A DNA stretch of 64,000 nucleotides. It comes from Gemmatimonadota bacterium (lineage in GTDB: Bacteria; Gemmatimonadota; Gemmatimonadetes; Gemmatimonadales; GWC2-71-9). The position numbers and the translations under genes are program-made. Each line of letters starts with the position of its first letter. Position 1 is the first letter of the stretch. Below the pieces are notes generated by a model. It made no database searches and had not been told where the DNA came from. It was given only the letters and a program-made list of their open reading frames with translations. The DNA lies in NCBI GenBank assembly GCA_009692115.1, contig SHZU01000004.1, positions 138,275 to 202,274 of the forward strand, read 5' to 3'. Shown in pieces: positions 28,304 through 37,138 of this stretch.

Positions 28304-28831
28304 ATGCGTCGATTCCTCGGGAGCCTCTCATTCCTTGCGGCCGTGGTCGCAGGCCCGCTGATGGCCCAAGCCGACCCGGAGGCCAAACTCAAAGAGCTCG
28401 GGATTACCCTGCCCGCCGTGGGCGTACCCCTCGCCAACTACGTTCCGACCGTCCGGACCGGGAATCTGGTGTTCTTGGCCGGGCACGGGCCGGCCCAACC
28501 CTGGACGAAGACGGCCACCGGGAAGCTTGGTCGGGATTTGACCGTCAAGGAGGGGTACGAGGCCGCCCGGAATGTCGGGATCAACCTCTTGGCCTCCCTC
28601 AAGGCCGAGATCGGGGATCTGAAGAAGGTGAAGCGCATCGTCAAGGTTCTTGGGATGGTCAACGGAATCGATACGTTTACCGAGCAGCCGGAGGTCGTGA
28701 ACGGTTTCTCGGATCTGATGGTGACCGTCTTCGGGCCGAAGGGGAAGCACGCTCGTTCGGCCGTCGGCATGGGGTCGCTGCCCCGGAATCTGTCGGTTGA
28801 GATCGAGATGGTCGTCGAAGTGGAGCCCTAG
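28304..28831 (+). CDS. RidA/YjgF-family protein with signal peptide
   Basis: Signal MRRFLGSLSFLAAVVAGPLMAQA. ...ANYVPTVRTGNLVFLAGHGP... and a C-terminal ...RSAVGMGSLPRNLSVEIEMVVEV. Confidence 0.8.
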   Translation: MRRFLGSLSFLAAVVAGPLMAQADPEAKLKELGITLPAVGVPLANYVPTVRTGNLVFLAGHGPAQPWTKTATGKLGRDLTVKEGYEAARNVGINLLASLKAEIGDLKKVKRIVKVLGMVNGIDTFTEQPEVVNGFSDLMVTVFGPKGKHARSAVGMGSLPRNLSVEIEMVVEVEP

Positions 28832-28834
28832 CGG

Positions 28835-31402
28835 TTGCGCCCGATCCGAGATCACAATCTTCCGCCGGACCCGGCGGCGTACCGGGCGGCGCGGCCCAAG
28901 GGCCGAGTGATTGTCATTGCCCCGACCCGGGCGGCTTGTGAGACGATCGAACTTGCGCTCGGCTCAACGTTCGAGACGCTGCTGATCCGGGAGCACGGCC
29001 AAGAATTGGTGGCCTGGGCTGAGGCGCGGAAGGGCTTCGGAATCGTGGCCGGCACCGGGACCGGGAAGACCCTGTCGGTGCGGCTCTTTGCCGAGGCCAT
29101 CCTCGGGGAATCGCTCCGCTACGGAGTGGTCAATCGTGAGCGGGAGGCCACACCCGAGACGCCGTTCTGGAACGTCATCGTGGCGACGACCGGGATTGCC
29201 CGGCGGTGGTTTCAGGACGAGCTGATCACCGCCGCGGATACGCTGGTGGTCGACGAGATCCACCAGACGTCGGCGGAGCTTGAGTTGTGCCTGGCCCTCG
29301 GCAAGCGGGCCGGTTGCCGGTTCATCTGGCTCAGTGCGACGGTCGATCCGACGTTTTACGCCAGTTACCTCAAGAGCGATCACGTCCTCGAGACCTCGGC
29401 GTTCGATCCGGCATTGAAGGCCCGGGTTCACGTCATGGCGAAGGACACCACCGAATTCTTCGACGACCGGACCATCAAACGATTGATCCGGGAACGCCGT
29501 GGCGTCGCGGTCTTCGTGCCGACCCGGGCCGAAGTGGAACGGTTGGCCGCCGAGTTGGGAGCCAAGTGGCCCGGACTGACGGCGGCCTTCTATCACGGTG
29601 GCGAACCGATTCGGGTCATTCGTCCCTTCCTTGAAGGCCAGGTCGACAAGCCGTTCCTGCTTGCGATGACCGCGGCCGGGCAATCGGCGCTCAACCTGCC
29701 CGGCCTCGACACCGTGGTGATCTACGATGCCCGGTACGGCAACGTCGTCGACCGGGGGCGGAATGTGCTGCACCGGTTGTATTTGGGTGCCAACGAAATC
29801 CTCCAGATGGCGGGCCGGGTTCATGGCAGGGTGGCCAACGGCGAGGTGACCATTCTGTCCGACCGGCCCCTTCGGTTCGAGGATCTTCGCCCGACGCCGC
29901 CGGAATTCCAGCTGGCCGGCGATGCGGAGCGGGTCGCGCTGACGTGCGCCGCCATGGGAGTGGATGCCGCCGACCTCGAACTGCCGGTGCCGCTCGATCG
30001 AACCGCGTATCGAAAGTCAGTAGCGCTATTGACGGAGCGCGGCCTCATTGCCGGAGGCCGGCTCACAAAATATGGCCGCGATGTCGAGGCGATGCCGGTC
30101 GAGCGCTGCTGGGGCGAGCTGCTGGTCAGCAGCGAGCCGGACTTGGCCCCGATGCTGGCGGTCGCCTCGGCGGTCGATTCGACCCATCGGATGACCCGGG
30201 AGGAACGTGACCTCCGCGGCGTCGCCATTCAGGGGAGCGACCACCTGACGGCGTACAACATCTACGCTGAGGCGGTGAACCGGTTCGGCGTGGTGGGCGA
30301 GGTTCATGGACTCGAGCGCCACGGATTCGAGGAAGGGATCGCTGAGTGGGCGGAGGAGCGAGGGGTCTTGGTCAAGGCGATCGAGGATGCCGCGATGGGG
30401 ATGGCGTCGGTCTACCGCTCGCTCGAATTGAAATTGCCGCGGGGGCTTCCCTACGTCAGCAAGGAACTCAAGAGCCAGTTCGCCGACTTGGTGGCCCGGG
30501 TGATGCCGTTCGATTTGGTGATTGACGAACGGACGGCGGATGGCCAAGAAGCGCGGATTGGGAAGCGGTCGTTCGCGGGCAACTGGGGCGCGGTGGCCGG
30601 GTCGCTCCGGTTCTTTGCCGACCGGTTCGGGGTGCCGCGCGCGTCGGTCGAGGGGACGACGATCTCGTACGATCAGGTTCGTCAGTACGCGAAACGGGGC
30701 GAACCTGAGGTCACCGTGAGCGGCTCGCGGAAACATCAGCGACTGCTGGTGGGCCACACCTTGTCGTATTTTGGGTTTGACCTCGAGACGATCCGGGAGC
30801 CGTTGCCGGATCTGATTCCCGAGGCCCTCCGTCCCACCGCGATGAATGCGCTGATCGATGGCGTCATCGACGGCAGCATTAACCACCCCGACCAAGGCAA
30901 GATTCGGCGAGCGGCGCGGGAGCTCGAGGAGTATTGGCGTCGGTCCGGAGGCGTCCTCGCAGCGGCCAGCCCCGACGGGGTTCGTCGCGCGGTTTCCGCT
31001 CAGCTCGAAGGCGTCACCAGCTGGTCGGATTTCATGAAGCGGCGCCTGGAACTCGATCCGGCCGATCACATCGCACTGGAACAGCGGGTGGCGTTGGATC
31101 AATTGCCCGCCACCGTGCGGTTGTTTGGCGACGCGACGGCGATCGAGTACGATATCGATCGGGGGGTTGGGGTCGCCCGGCTTCGGCTTCGGGAGGGTCA
31201 GGCCCGGCGGATGACGGAGGATGATCTGCCGGTGGTGGACCGGCCGCTCCGTTTTCAGGTGCTTCGCGGAGAGGACCCGCCGATCGAGGCGGAAACGTTG
31301 GCGATGTTGAAGGGGTTGATTAATGGCTCGGCGACTCGGCGCTCGGCACTCGGCACTCGGCAGAATCAGCAGCGGCATCAGCGGTCTCGGAGGAGACGAT
31401 GA
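28835..31402 (+). CDS. DEAH/HrpA-like ATP-dependent helicase (atypical)
   Basis: Motif I AGTGTGKT, motif II VVDEIHQTS, SAT-like LSATVDP, then FVPTRAEVE and QMAGRVHGR. Long C-terminal region. The last roughly 25 codons are encoded partly by heptamer repeats. The stop overlaps the next ATG (ATGA). Confidence 0.8.
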   Translation: MRPIRDHNLPPDPAAYRAARPKGRVIVIAPTRAACETIELALGSTFETLLIREHGQELVAWAEARKGFGIVAGTGTGKTLSVRLFAEAILGESLRYGVVNREREATPETPFWNVIVATTGIARRWFQDELITAADTLVVDEIHQTSAELELCLALGKRAGCRFIWLSATVDPTFYASYLKSDHVLETSAFDPALKARVHVMAKDTTEFFDDRTIKRLIRERRGVAVFVPTRAEVERLAAELGAKWPGLTAAFYHGGEPIRVIRPFLEGQVDKPFLLAMTAAGQSALNLPGLDTVVIYDARYGNVVDRGRNVLHRLYLGANEILQMAGRVHGRVANGEVTILSDRPLRFEDLRPTPPEFQLAGDAERVALTCAAMGVDAADLELPVPLDRTAYRKSVALLTERGLIAGGRLTKYGRDVEAMPVERCWGELLVSSEPDLAPMLAVASAVDSTHRMTREERDLRGVAIQGSDHLTAYNIYAEAVNRFGVVGEVHGLERHGFEEGIAEWAEERGVLVKAIEDAAMGMASVYRSLELKLPRGLPYVSKELKSQFADLVARVMPFDLVIDERTADGQEARIGKRSFAGNWGAVAGSLRFFADRFGVPRASVEGTTISYDQVRQYAKRGEPEVTVSGSRKHQRLLVGHTLSYFGFDLETIREPLPDLIPEALRPTAMNALIDGVIDGSINHPDQGKIRRAARELEEYWRRSGGVLAAASPDGVRRAVSAQLEGVTSWSDFMKRRLELDPADHIALEQRVALDQLPATVRLFGDATAIEYDIDRGVGVARLRLREGQARRMTEDDLPVVDRPLRFQVLRGEDPPIEAETLAMLKGLINGSATRRSALGTRQNQQRHQRSRRRR
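31327..31362 (+). repeat. tandem heptanucleotide repeat, 5 units (CTCGGCG a CTCGGCG CTCGGCA CTCGGCA CTCGGCA)
   Basis: Read directly. It lies inside the 3' end of the helicase ORF, 37 nt upstream of the next gene's ATG. Confidence 0.85.
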
Positions 31403-32856
31403 ATTGGCGATTCTTGGTGGGGGTTGGATTGGTGGGGGGGTGCGGGAAGGGGGCGCCGTCGGTGGTGGATCGGACGGCGGAGGCGGTAGCGGCGGTGGCG
31501 GCGGGGCTTCGGCCGCCGATGGCGATTCAAGGGGCGCCGGAGGTGGTGTACCGGTTGGCGGACCGGATGTCGCACTATCACGTGCCGGGGGTGTCGGTGG
31601 CGGTGGTGGACAGCGGGCGGATGGTGTGGGCGACGGGGTTTGGGGTGAAGGAGGCGGGAACGGCGGATTCGGTGTCTGCTGAGACGATCTTTCAGGCGGC
31701 GTCGATCAGCAAGCCGGTGGCGGCGACGGCGATGTTGCGACTGGTCGAGGCCGGGAAGTTATCGCTCGATACGGCGGTCAATGTCTATCTCACCAGTTGG
31801 CAACTTCCAAGCAACCAGTTTACGGCGAAGCAGGCGGTCACACTCCGGCGGGTCGTGTCGCACAGTGCTGGACTGACGATCTCGGGGTTTCCCGGGTACA
31901 AGGCCGGCGATTCGGTGCCGACGGTGCCCCAGGTCCTCGATGGGACGAAGCCGGCCAATACCGGCCCGGTCCGGGTTGACGTGGAGCCGGGGAAGATCAT
32001 GCGGTACGCGGGCGGGGGCACGACGATCATGCAGTTGGTGCTCACCGATGTCACGGGCGAATCCTTTCCCGCGTTGATGAAGCGGTTGGTGATCGATCCG
32101 ATCGGGATGACGAGCAGTACCTACGAGCAACCGCTGCCCGAATCACGCTGGGCCGAGTCGGCCGCGGCGCATGAGGCCGACGGGATCATGACGCCGGGGC
32201 GGGCCCATACCTATCCGGAAATGGCGGCGGCCGGACTCTGGACGACGCCGACTGACTTGCTCAAGTGGGCGATGGAGATTGCGGCCGCCAGGGCAGGAAC
32301 ATCTACCAAGGTGCTCTCGACGGCGACCGCGATTGAGATGCTCACGGTCCAGAAGGCTCCCGCTGGGTTGGGTCCGTTCCTGGATGGTGCCGGCCGCGGC
32401 TTCAACTTCGGCCATACCGGGGGGAATCATGGGTTTCGGTGCGAGGTGATCTACTTCCCGGAAACCGGACAGGGTGCGGCCGTGATGACCAACGGCGAGC
32501 AAGGGATCGCGCTGGTGAAGGAAATTCTCTATTCGATTGCGGCTCATTATCGATGGCCTGAGTACGGACCGCGGTCGGTGTCCCTGGTGGCCTTGGATTC
32601 GGTTCAGCTGGAGCGGTACGTCGGAACCTATGAGGCCGCCAAGCCCTTTCCGGTCTTGCTGGTGGTCAGCCGGGAGGGCGGGAAGCTCTTTGCGGAAGCG
32701 AAGGGGCTTCTTCCGCGCGAAGAGTTCGGTCTTACGACCGCGGAGAAGTCGATTGGGTTCCAATCGGGCAGTGAGGGAACCTTCCTGATGGGGCCGAGAG
32801 GTAAGGTCCTCGGAGTCGAATTTTCGGGAAATAAACTGATGCGGAAGGCCAAATAG
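31399..32856 (+). CDS. beta-lactamase-family serine hydrolase (class C/PBP-like), lipoprotein
   Basis: Lipobox LVGGCG. SxxK motif in FQAASISKPVAATAML. YSN-type and HTGG regions (FGHTGGNHGF). Confidence 0.85.
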   Translation: MNWRFLVGVGLVGGCGKGAPSVVDRTAEAVAAVAAGLRPPMAIQGAPEVVYRLADRMSHYHVPGVSVAVVDSGRMVWATGFGVKEAGTADSVSAETIFQAASISKPVAATAMLRLVEAGKLSLDTAVNVYLTSWQLPSNQFTAKQAVTLRRVVSHSAGLTISGFPGYKAGDSVPTVPQVLDGTKPANTGPVRVDVEPGKIMRYAGGGTTIMQLVLTDVTGESFPALMKRLVIDPIGMTSSTYEQPLPESRWAESAAAHEADGIMTPGRAHTYPEMAAAGLWTTPTDLLKWAMEIAAARAGTSTKVLSTATAIEMLTVQKAPAGLGPFLDGAGRGFNFGHTGGNHGFRCEVIYFPETGQGAAVMTNGEQGIALVKEILYSIAAHYRWPEYGPRSVSLVALDSVQLERYVGTYEAAKPFPVLLVVSREGGKLFAEAKGLLPREEFGLTTAEKSIGFQSGSEGTFLMGPRGKVLGVEFSGNKLMRKAK

Positions 32857-32859
32857 CCA

Positions 32860-34890
32860 ATGCGGACGACAGCGTCGATACTGGGGTTGGTGGTTGGTGC
32901 GGCAACACTCTCGGCCCAGGTGCCGGGGCCGAGTTTTCGGGACGTCATCAACCTGCAGAGCCTCGGCTCGCCGGCGATTTCGCCGGACGGGAAGGCGGTG
33001 GCCTATACGATCCGGACGACTGATTGGAAGGACAACCGGTTCGACACGGAGATCTGGTTGTGGCGTCAGGGGGCCGGCTCAATTCAACTGACCCGGTCGC
33101 CCAAGGGCAGCAGTACCGCGCCACGATGGTCACCGGATGGAAAGTGGCTCGGTTTCTTGGCCGACCGGGGCGACCGGCAGCAGTTGTATGTGATCGGGGC
33201 CATGGGCGGAGAGGCGATTCGGCTCACCGGCCTCAAGGATGGCGTGGCCGACTATCGGTGGTCGCCGGTGGGTGGGAAGATCGCCTTGGCGGCCACCGAG
33301 CCCGAGACCGAAGCCGCGACCAAAGCGAAGGCGCTGTACGGCGACTTCTTCATGGAAGAGAATGACTACCGGATGACCCATCTTTGGGTCATGGACGCCG
33401 ATCCGACCCGGTGGCTCGGCGACTCGACCGGGCTGCCGAAGCCGACCCGGCTGACCGAGGGCGGCGCCTACACGGTGGGTTCGTTCGGGTGGTCGCCGGA
33501 TGGAAGCCGGATTGCGTTCGATCACCGACGCGATCCGCTGCTGCACTCGGGGTCAACGACTGATATCTCGATCGTGACGGTGACCAATCGGGCCGTGACG
33601 CCGTTGGTGGTTCGAATTGGATCGGACGGGTCGCCGGTGTGGTCGCCCGACGGGCAATGGGTTGCCTTCACCACGTCCGCAGGCGATACCGTCTCCAATT
33701 TCTACAAGAACAGCCAGCTCATGAAAGTGGCGGCGGGAGGCGGAGTGCCGACGCGGTTGGCGGCCGACTTCGACGAGATGATCGGCTCGCTGTTGTGGAC
33801 GCCGGACGGGATTTGGTTCACGGCCTTCAACAAGACGACGTCGGGCTTCGTCCAAGTCGATCCGGTCACCGGCCGAGCGGAGCGCGATACGGGGTCGCCG
33901 TTCGTGGCGATCGGTGGGGCCGATGTGACGCGGGACGGCAAGTGGTGGGTGATCTCGGCGCAGAAGGACGGGATGTCGTTGCCGGAGTTGTACCGGGGCG
34001 AAGTGACCGGGCCGGGCGGGCCGGAAAAGCTGACCGACATGACGGCCCAGATTGCCTCGTGGAACGTCGGGCAAAACGAAGTGGTGAGCTGGCCGAGTCG
34101 GGACGGCACGATCATCGAAGGCGTACTCCACAAGCCGAAGGACTGGCAGCCGGGGAAGAAGTACCCGTTGTTCGTGGTGATTCACGGCGGGCCGACCGGG
34201 ATCGACGTTCCCCAGCCGGCGCCGTTCTACGTCTATCCGATTCCCCAGTGGGTGGCCAAGGGCGCCCTGGTACTCCGGCCGAACTACCGAGGCTCGGCTG
34301 GCTATGGCGAGAAGTTCCGGTCGCTCAACGTCCGGAACCTCGGCGTCGGCGATATGTGGGACGTGATGTCGGGTGTTGACCATCTGATCAAGAATGGCAT
34401 GGTCGACAGCACCAAGATGGCGGCCATGGGTTGGAGCCAGGGCGGGTACATCTCCGCGTTTCTGACGACCAATACCTCGCGGTTCAAGGCCATTTCGGTG
34501 GGGGCCGGAATTTCGAATTGGGTGACGTACTACGTCTCGACCGACATCTATCCGTTCACGCGCCAGTACCTCAAGGCCACGCCGTGGGACGACATGGCGA
34601 TTTACCTCAAGACCTCACCGATGACGGCGATCAAGCAGGCCCGGACGCCGACCTTGATTCAGCACGGGCAGTTCGACTGGCGGGTGCCGATCCAGAATGC
34701 CTACGAATTGAACCAGGGGTTACTCGATCAGGGGGTCCCGAGCGAGCTGATGGTCTACCGCGGCTTTGGGCACGGGATCAACAAACCGAAGGAGCAGCTC
34801 GCAGCGGTGTGGCATAACTGGCGGTGGTTTGGGAAGTACATCTTCGGCGAGCAAGTGACGATTCCGCTGGACGAACCCCCGACGCCGTGA
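32860..34890 (+). CDS. S9-family serine peptidase (beta-propeller plus alpha/beta hydrolase)
   Basis: Signal peptide. Propeller repeats (SPDGK.VA, WSPDG). Catalytic GWSQGGYIS, then D...GHG at the C-terminus. It starts 3 nt after the upstream stop. Confidence 0.9.
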   Translation: MRTTASILGLVVGAATLSAQVPGPSFRDVINLQSLGSPAISPDGKAVAYTIRTTDWKDNRFDTEIWLWRQGAGSIQLTRSPKGSSTAPRWSPDGKWLGFLADRGDRQQLYVIGAMGGEAIRLTGLKDGVADYRWSPVGGKIALAATEPETEAATKAKALYGDFFMEENDYRMTHLWVMDADPTRWLGDSTGLPKPTRLTEGGAYTVGSFGWSPDGSRIAFDHRRDPLLHSGSTTDISIVTVTNRAVTPLVVRIGSDGSPVWSPDGQWVAFTTSAGDTVSNFYKNSQLMKVAAGGGVPTRLAADFDEMIGSLLWTPDGIWFTAFNKTTSGFVQVDPVTGRAERDTGSPFVAIGGADVTRDGKWWVISAQKDGMSLPELYRGEVTGPGGPEKLTDMTAQIASWNVGQNEVVSWPSRDGTIIEGVLHKPKDWQPGKKYPLFVVIHGGPTGIDVPQPAPFYVYPIPQWVAKGALVLRPNYRGSAGYGEKFRSLNVRNLGVGDMWDVMSGVDHLIKNGMVDSTKMAAMGWSQGGYISAFLTTNTSRFKAISVGAGISNWVTYYVSTDIYPFTRQYLKATPWDDMAIYLKTSPMTAIKQARTPTLIQHGQFDWRVPIQNAYELNQGLLDQGVPSELMVYRGFGHGINKPKEQLAAVWHNWRWFGKYIFGEQVTIPLDEPPTP

Positions 34891-35837
34891 TCGGCGTTCC
34901 GACGCTCGATGAGATCACCGCAGCGCGGGAACGGCTGAAGGGCTTTGCCGTTCGGACGCCCTTGGTGCGGTGGTACGAGGGGCCGGCGGAGATCTATCTC
35001 AAGCTCGAAACATTGCAGCCGATCGGTTCCTTCAAGATTCGAGGCGCCCGGAATGCGCTCGCGACGGCTCCGGCCGGGGCGCTGAATGCCGGAGTGTTTA
35101 CCGCGAGCGCCGGCAACATGGCCCAAGGAGTGGCGTGGTGCGCCCGGGACCTCGGGGTTCCGTGCACGGTGGTGGTGCCGGACCATGCGCCCGCCACCAA
35201 GCTCGAGGCGATCGGGCGGTTAGGCGCGGCGGTCATCAAGGTGCCGTTCGACCGGTGGTGGCGGGTGTTGCAGGAGCGGCGGTTCGAGGGGTTGGACGGG
35301 TTCTTCGTCCATCCGGTGTCGGATCCGGCGGTGATTGCCGGGAACGGCACCATCGGGCTTGAGATCGCCGAGGATTTGCCGGACGTCGATCTGGTGCTGG
35401 CTCCCTATGGCGGCGGCGGGTTGTCCTGCGGAATCGCGGCGGCGCTCCGGGCGGTGGCGCCGGGGGCGCGGGTCGTGGCGGTCGAGCCGGACACGGCGGC
35501 GCCGTTGGCGGCGTCCCTGGCGGCTGGGGTGCCGACTCCTGTGAACTATGTCCCGACGTTCATTGACGGATCGGGTGGCAAGTCGGTGCTCGCCGAGATG
35601 TGGCCGTTGGCGCGGGATCTCTTGGGCGGGTCGGTGCCGGTGTCGGTCGCGGAGGTTGCCGAGGCGATTCGGCTGATGGCGGAGCGGGTCCGGATCGTGG
35701 CTGAGGGTGCCGGAGGGTTGGCGCTGGCCGCGGCGCGGTCGGGCCGGGTGCCGGGCCGGAAGATCGTCTGTGTGGTGTCGGGCGGGAATCTCGACGCGGC
35801 CCGATTGATCACCATACTAGAGGGGCGGGTGCCGTAA
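34887..35837 (+). CDS. PLP-dependent threonine/serine dehydratase-family enzyme
   Basis: GTG 34887 overlaps the S9 stop (GTGA). PLP-lysine motif GSFKIRGA, and SAGNMAQGVA. The track ORF start 34824 overlaps the upstream gene. Confidence 0.85.
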   Translation: MIGVPTLDEITAARERLKGFAVRTPLVRWYEGPAEIYLKLETLQPIGSFKIRGARNALATAPAGALNAGVFTASAGNMAQGVAWCARDLGVPCTVVVPDHAPATKLEAIGRLGAAVIKVPFDRWWRVLQERRFEGLDGFFVHPVSDPAVIAGNGTIGLEIAEDLPDVDLVLAPYGGGGLSCGIAAALRAVAPGARVVAVEPDTAAPLAASLAAGVPTPVNYVPTFIDGSGGKSVLAEMWPLARDLLGGSVPVSVAEVAEAIRLMAERVRIVAEGAGGLALAAARSGRVPGRKIVCVVSGGNLDAARLITILEGRVP

Positions 35838-35841
35838 CGGA

Positions 35842-36192
35842 CTACTTCACGAACCGCCGGTAGGTCTCCTCGTCGAATCCAACCAACAACGTTCGTCCTT
35901 TCCGAGCGGTCGGCGCCCTGAGGTTGCCGCTCGGGCCGATCAACAGCGTCGTGATCTCGTCTTTGGACGGTTCCGCGCCTTTCAGGACGAGGTGCACCAC
36001 CTTCTTGCCTTTGGTGGCATAGATCTCGTCGATGCCCTCCAGCACATCGAACGCGTGTTTGGCGCTGATGGTGTGCTTCTTGGCATCGACCGTCGTCGCG
36101 ACGGAGGCCTTGGCTGACGCAAGGAACCCTTGCGTTCGTTTGCAGGTAATTCAGCCAGGGCGAAGATAGGCCCAGTCGAGTGATGCAGCCAT
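35842..36192 (-). CDS. ArsC/Spx-family thioredoxin-fold selenoprotein (UxxC), UGA-Sec at 36153-36151
   Basis: The track shows only the C-terminal 67 aa. The same frame upstream reads MAASLDWAYLRPG-U-ITCKRTQGFLASAKASVATTVDAKKHTISAKHAFDVLEGIDEIYATKGKKVV...GPSGNLRAPTARKGRTLLVGFDEETY. This is the ArsC/Spx-family pattern, with Sec at the first redox position. Confidence 0.7.
36117..36135 (-). promoter_or_regulatory. SECIS-like hairpin downstream of the ArsC-like UGA
   Basis: On the minus strand: ACGCAAGG-GTT-CCTTGCGT (8-bp stem, or 7 bp with loop GGUUC). It starts 15 nt after the TGA. Confidence 0.6.
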
Positions 36193-36199
36193 TGAGGAC

Positions 36200-37138
36200 T
36201 CAGGGTTTCGGGGTGAGGAGCCAGGCTACGGCCTGGTCGAGGAACGCGCCGACCATCAGGGTATGACCTTGGTTCGGTAATTCACGATAATCGACGGGCC
36301 AGCCAATCGCATGGGCCTGATCGACGGCGATCTTGAGCCGGGCCGGGGGCACCACGGGGTCGACCGATGCGCCGACCACCAGGGTGCGGGGGAGTGTCGC
36401 GCCGGCCGTGGCCGAGACCGCACCGGCCCCGGCCAGGCAGACCACCGCGGCCACCAAGCTGGCCTGATCCTGGGCCAACCGCCACGCCGTGCCACCGCCT
36501 AACGAATGACCCAGGAGGTAAACCCGGGCCCGATCAATCGGGCCGTGAGCGGCCACGTCGTCGAGGAGCCGGGGCAGGTTGGTGGAGGTCCGCATCATGG
36601 CGTTGGTGAACGGGCTGACGACGATGAAGCCCAGGCTGTCGGCCAGGCGGCGGATCCGGCCGGCGCCGTAGGCTTCGAGAAAGGCGGTTTCGTCGGCGCC
36701 GGCGCCATGGAGGGCTACCACCACCGGCGCCGGGCGATTTCCGATGGATTGAGGGCGATACAACCGGTACGGCACCTCGCCGTCTGGCGAGGAGAGGACC
36801 CGGCGTTCTCCGGAGGGCCGGTCCAGGGCGCGGAGGGCCTCGTCCCGGTGTCGAGGCCCCACGGCTGGATCGGCTTCGATGACGGTGCCGAGCGAGTCGA
36901 GGGTTCCGATCACTTGCTGATACCGGCCCCCGAAGAAGGCCAGGGTAGCCCGGTCAAAGGTCTGGTTGGTCTCGGCCATCCGGTCGGCGGCCAGTGGACG
37001 ATCACGGACCGCGAGTTCGATCCGGAGGTAGGCCAGGGCCATGGCTCGACGGGTCAACGAGTCTGGACCGGCGGGCCGGGCTTGGGCGTGGACCAGGGTC
37101 GTGGCCAGCGGGAGTGCGAGGAGCCACCGCGCCTTCAT
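36200..37138 (-). CDS. alpha/beta hydrolase (esterase/dienelactone-hydrolase-like), secreted
   Basis: Signal peptide. VVVALHGAGADE, nucleophile elbow LLGHSLGGGTA, and C-terminal ...NQGHTL... Its ATG overlaps the upstream stop (ATGA). Confidence 0.8.
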   Translation of the reverse strand: MKARWLLALPLATTLVHAQARPAGPDSLTRRAMALAYLRIELAVRDRPLAADRMAETNQTFDRATLAFFGGRYQQVIGTLDSLGTVIEADPAVGPRHRDEALRALDRPSGERRVLSSPDGEVPYRLYRPQSIGNRPAPVVVALHGAGADETAFLEAYGAGRIRRLADSLGFIVVSPFTNAMMRTSTNLPRLLDDVAAHGPIDRARVYLLGHSLGGGTAWRLAQDQASLVAAVVCLAGAGAVSATAGATLPRTLVVGASVDPVVPPARLKIAVDQAHAIGWPVDYRELPNQGHTLMVGAFLDQAVAWLLTPKP

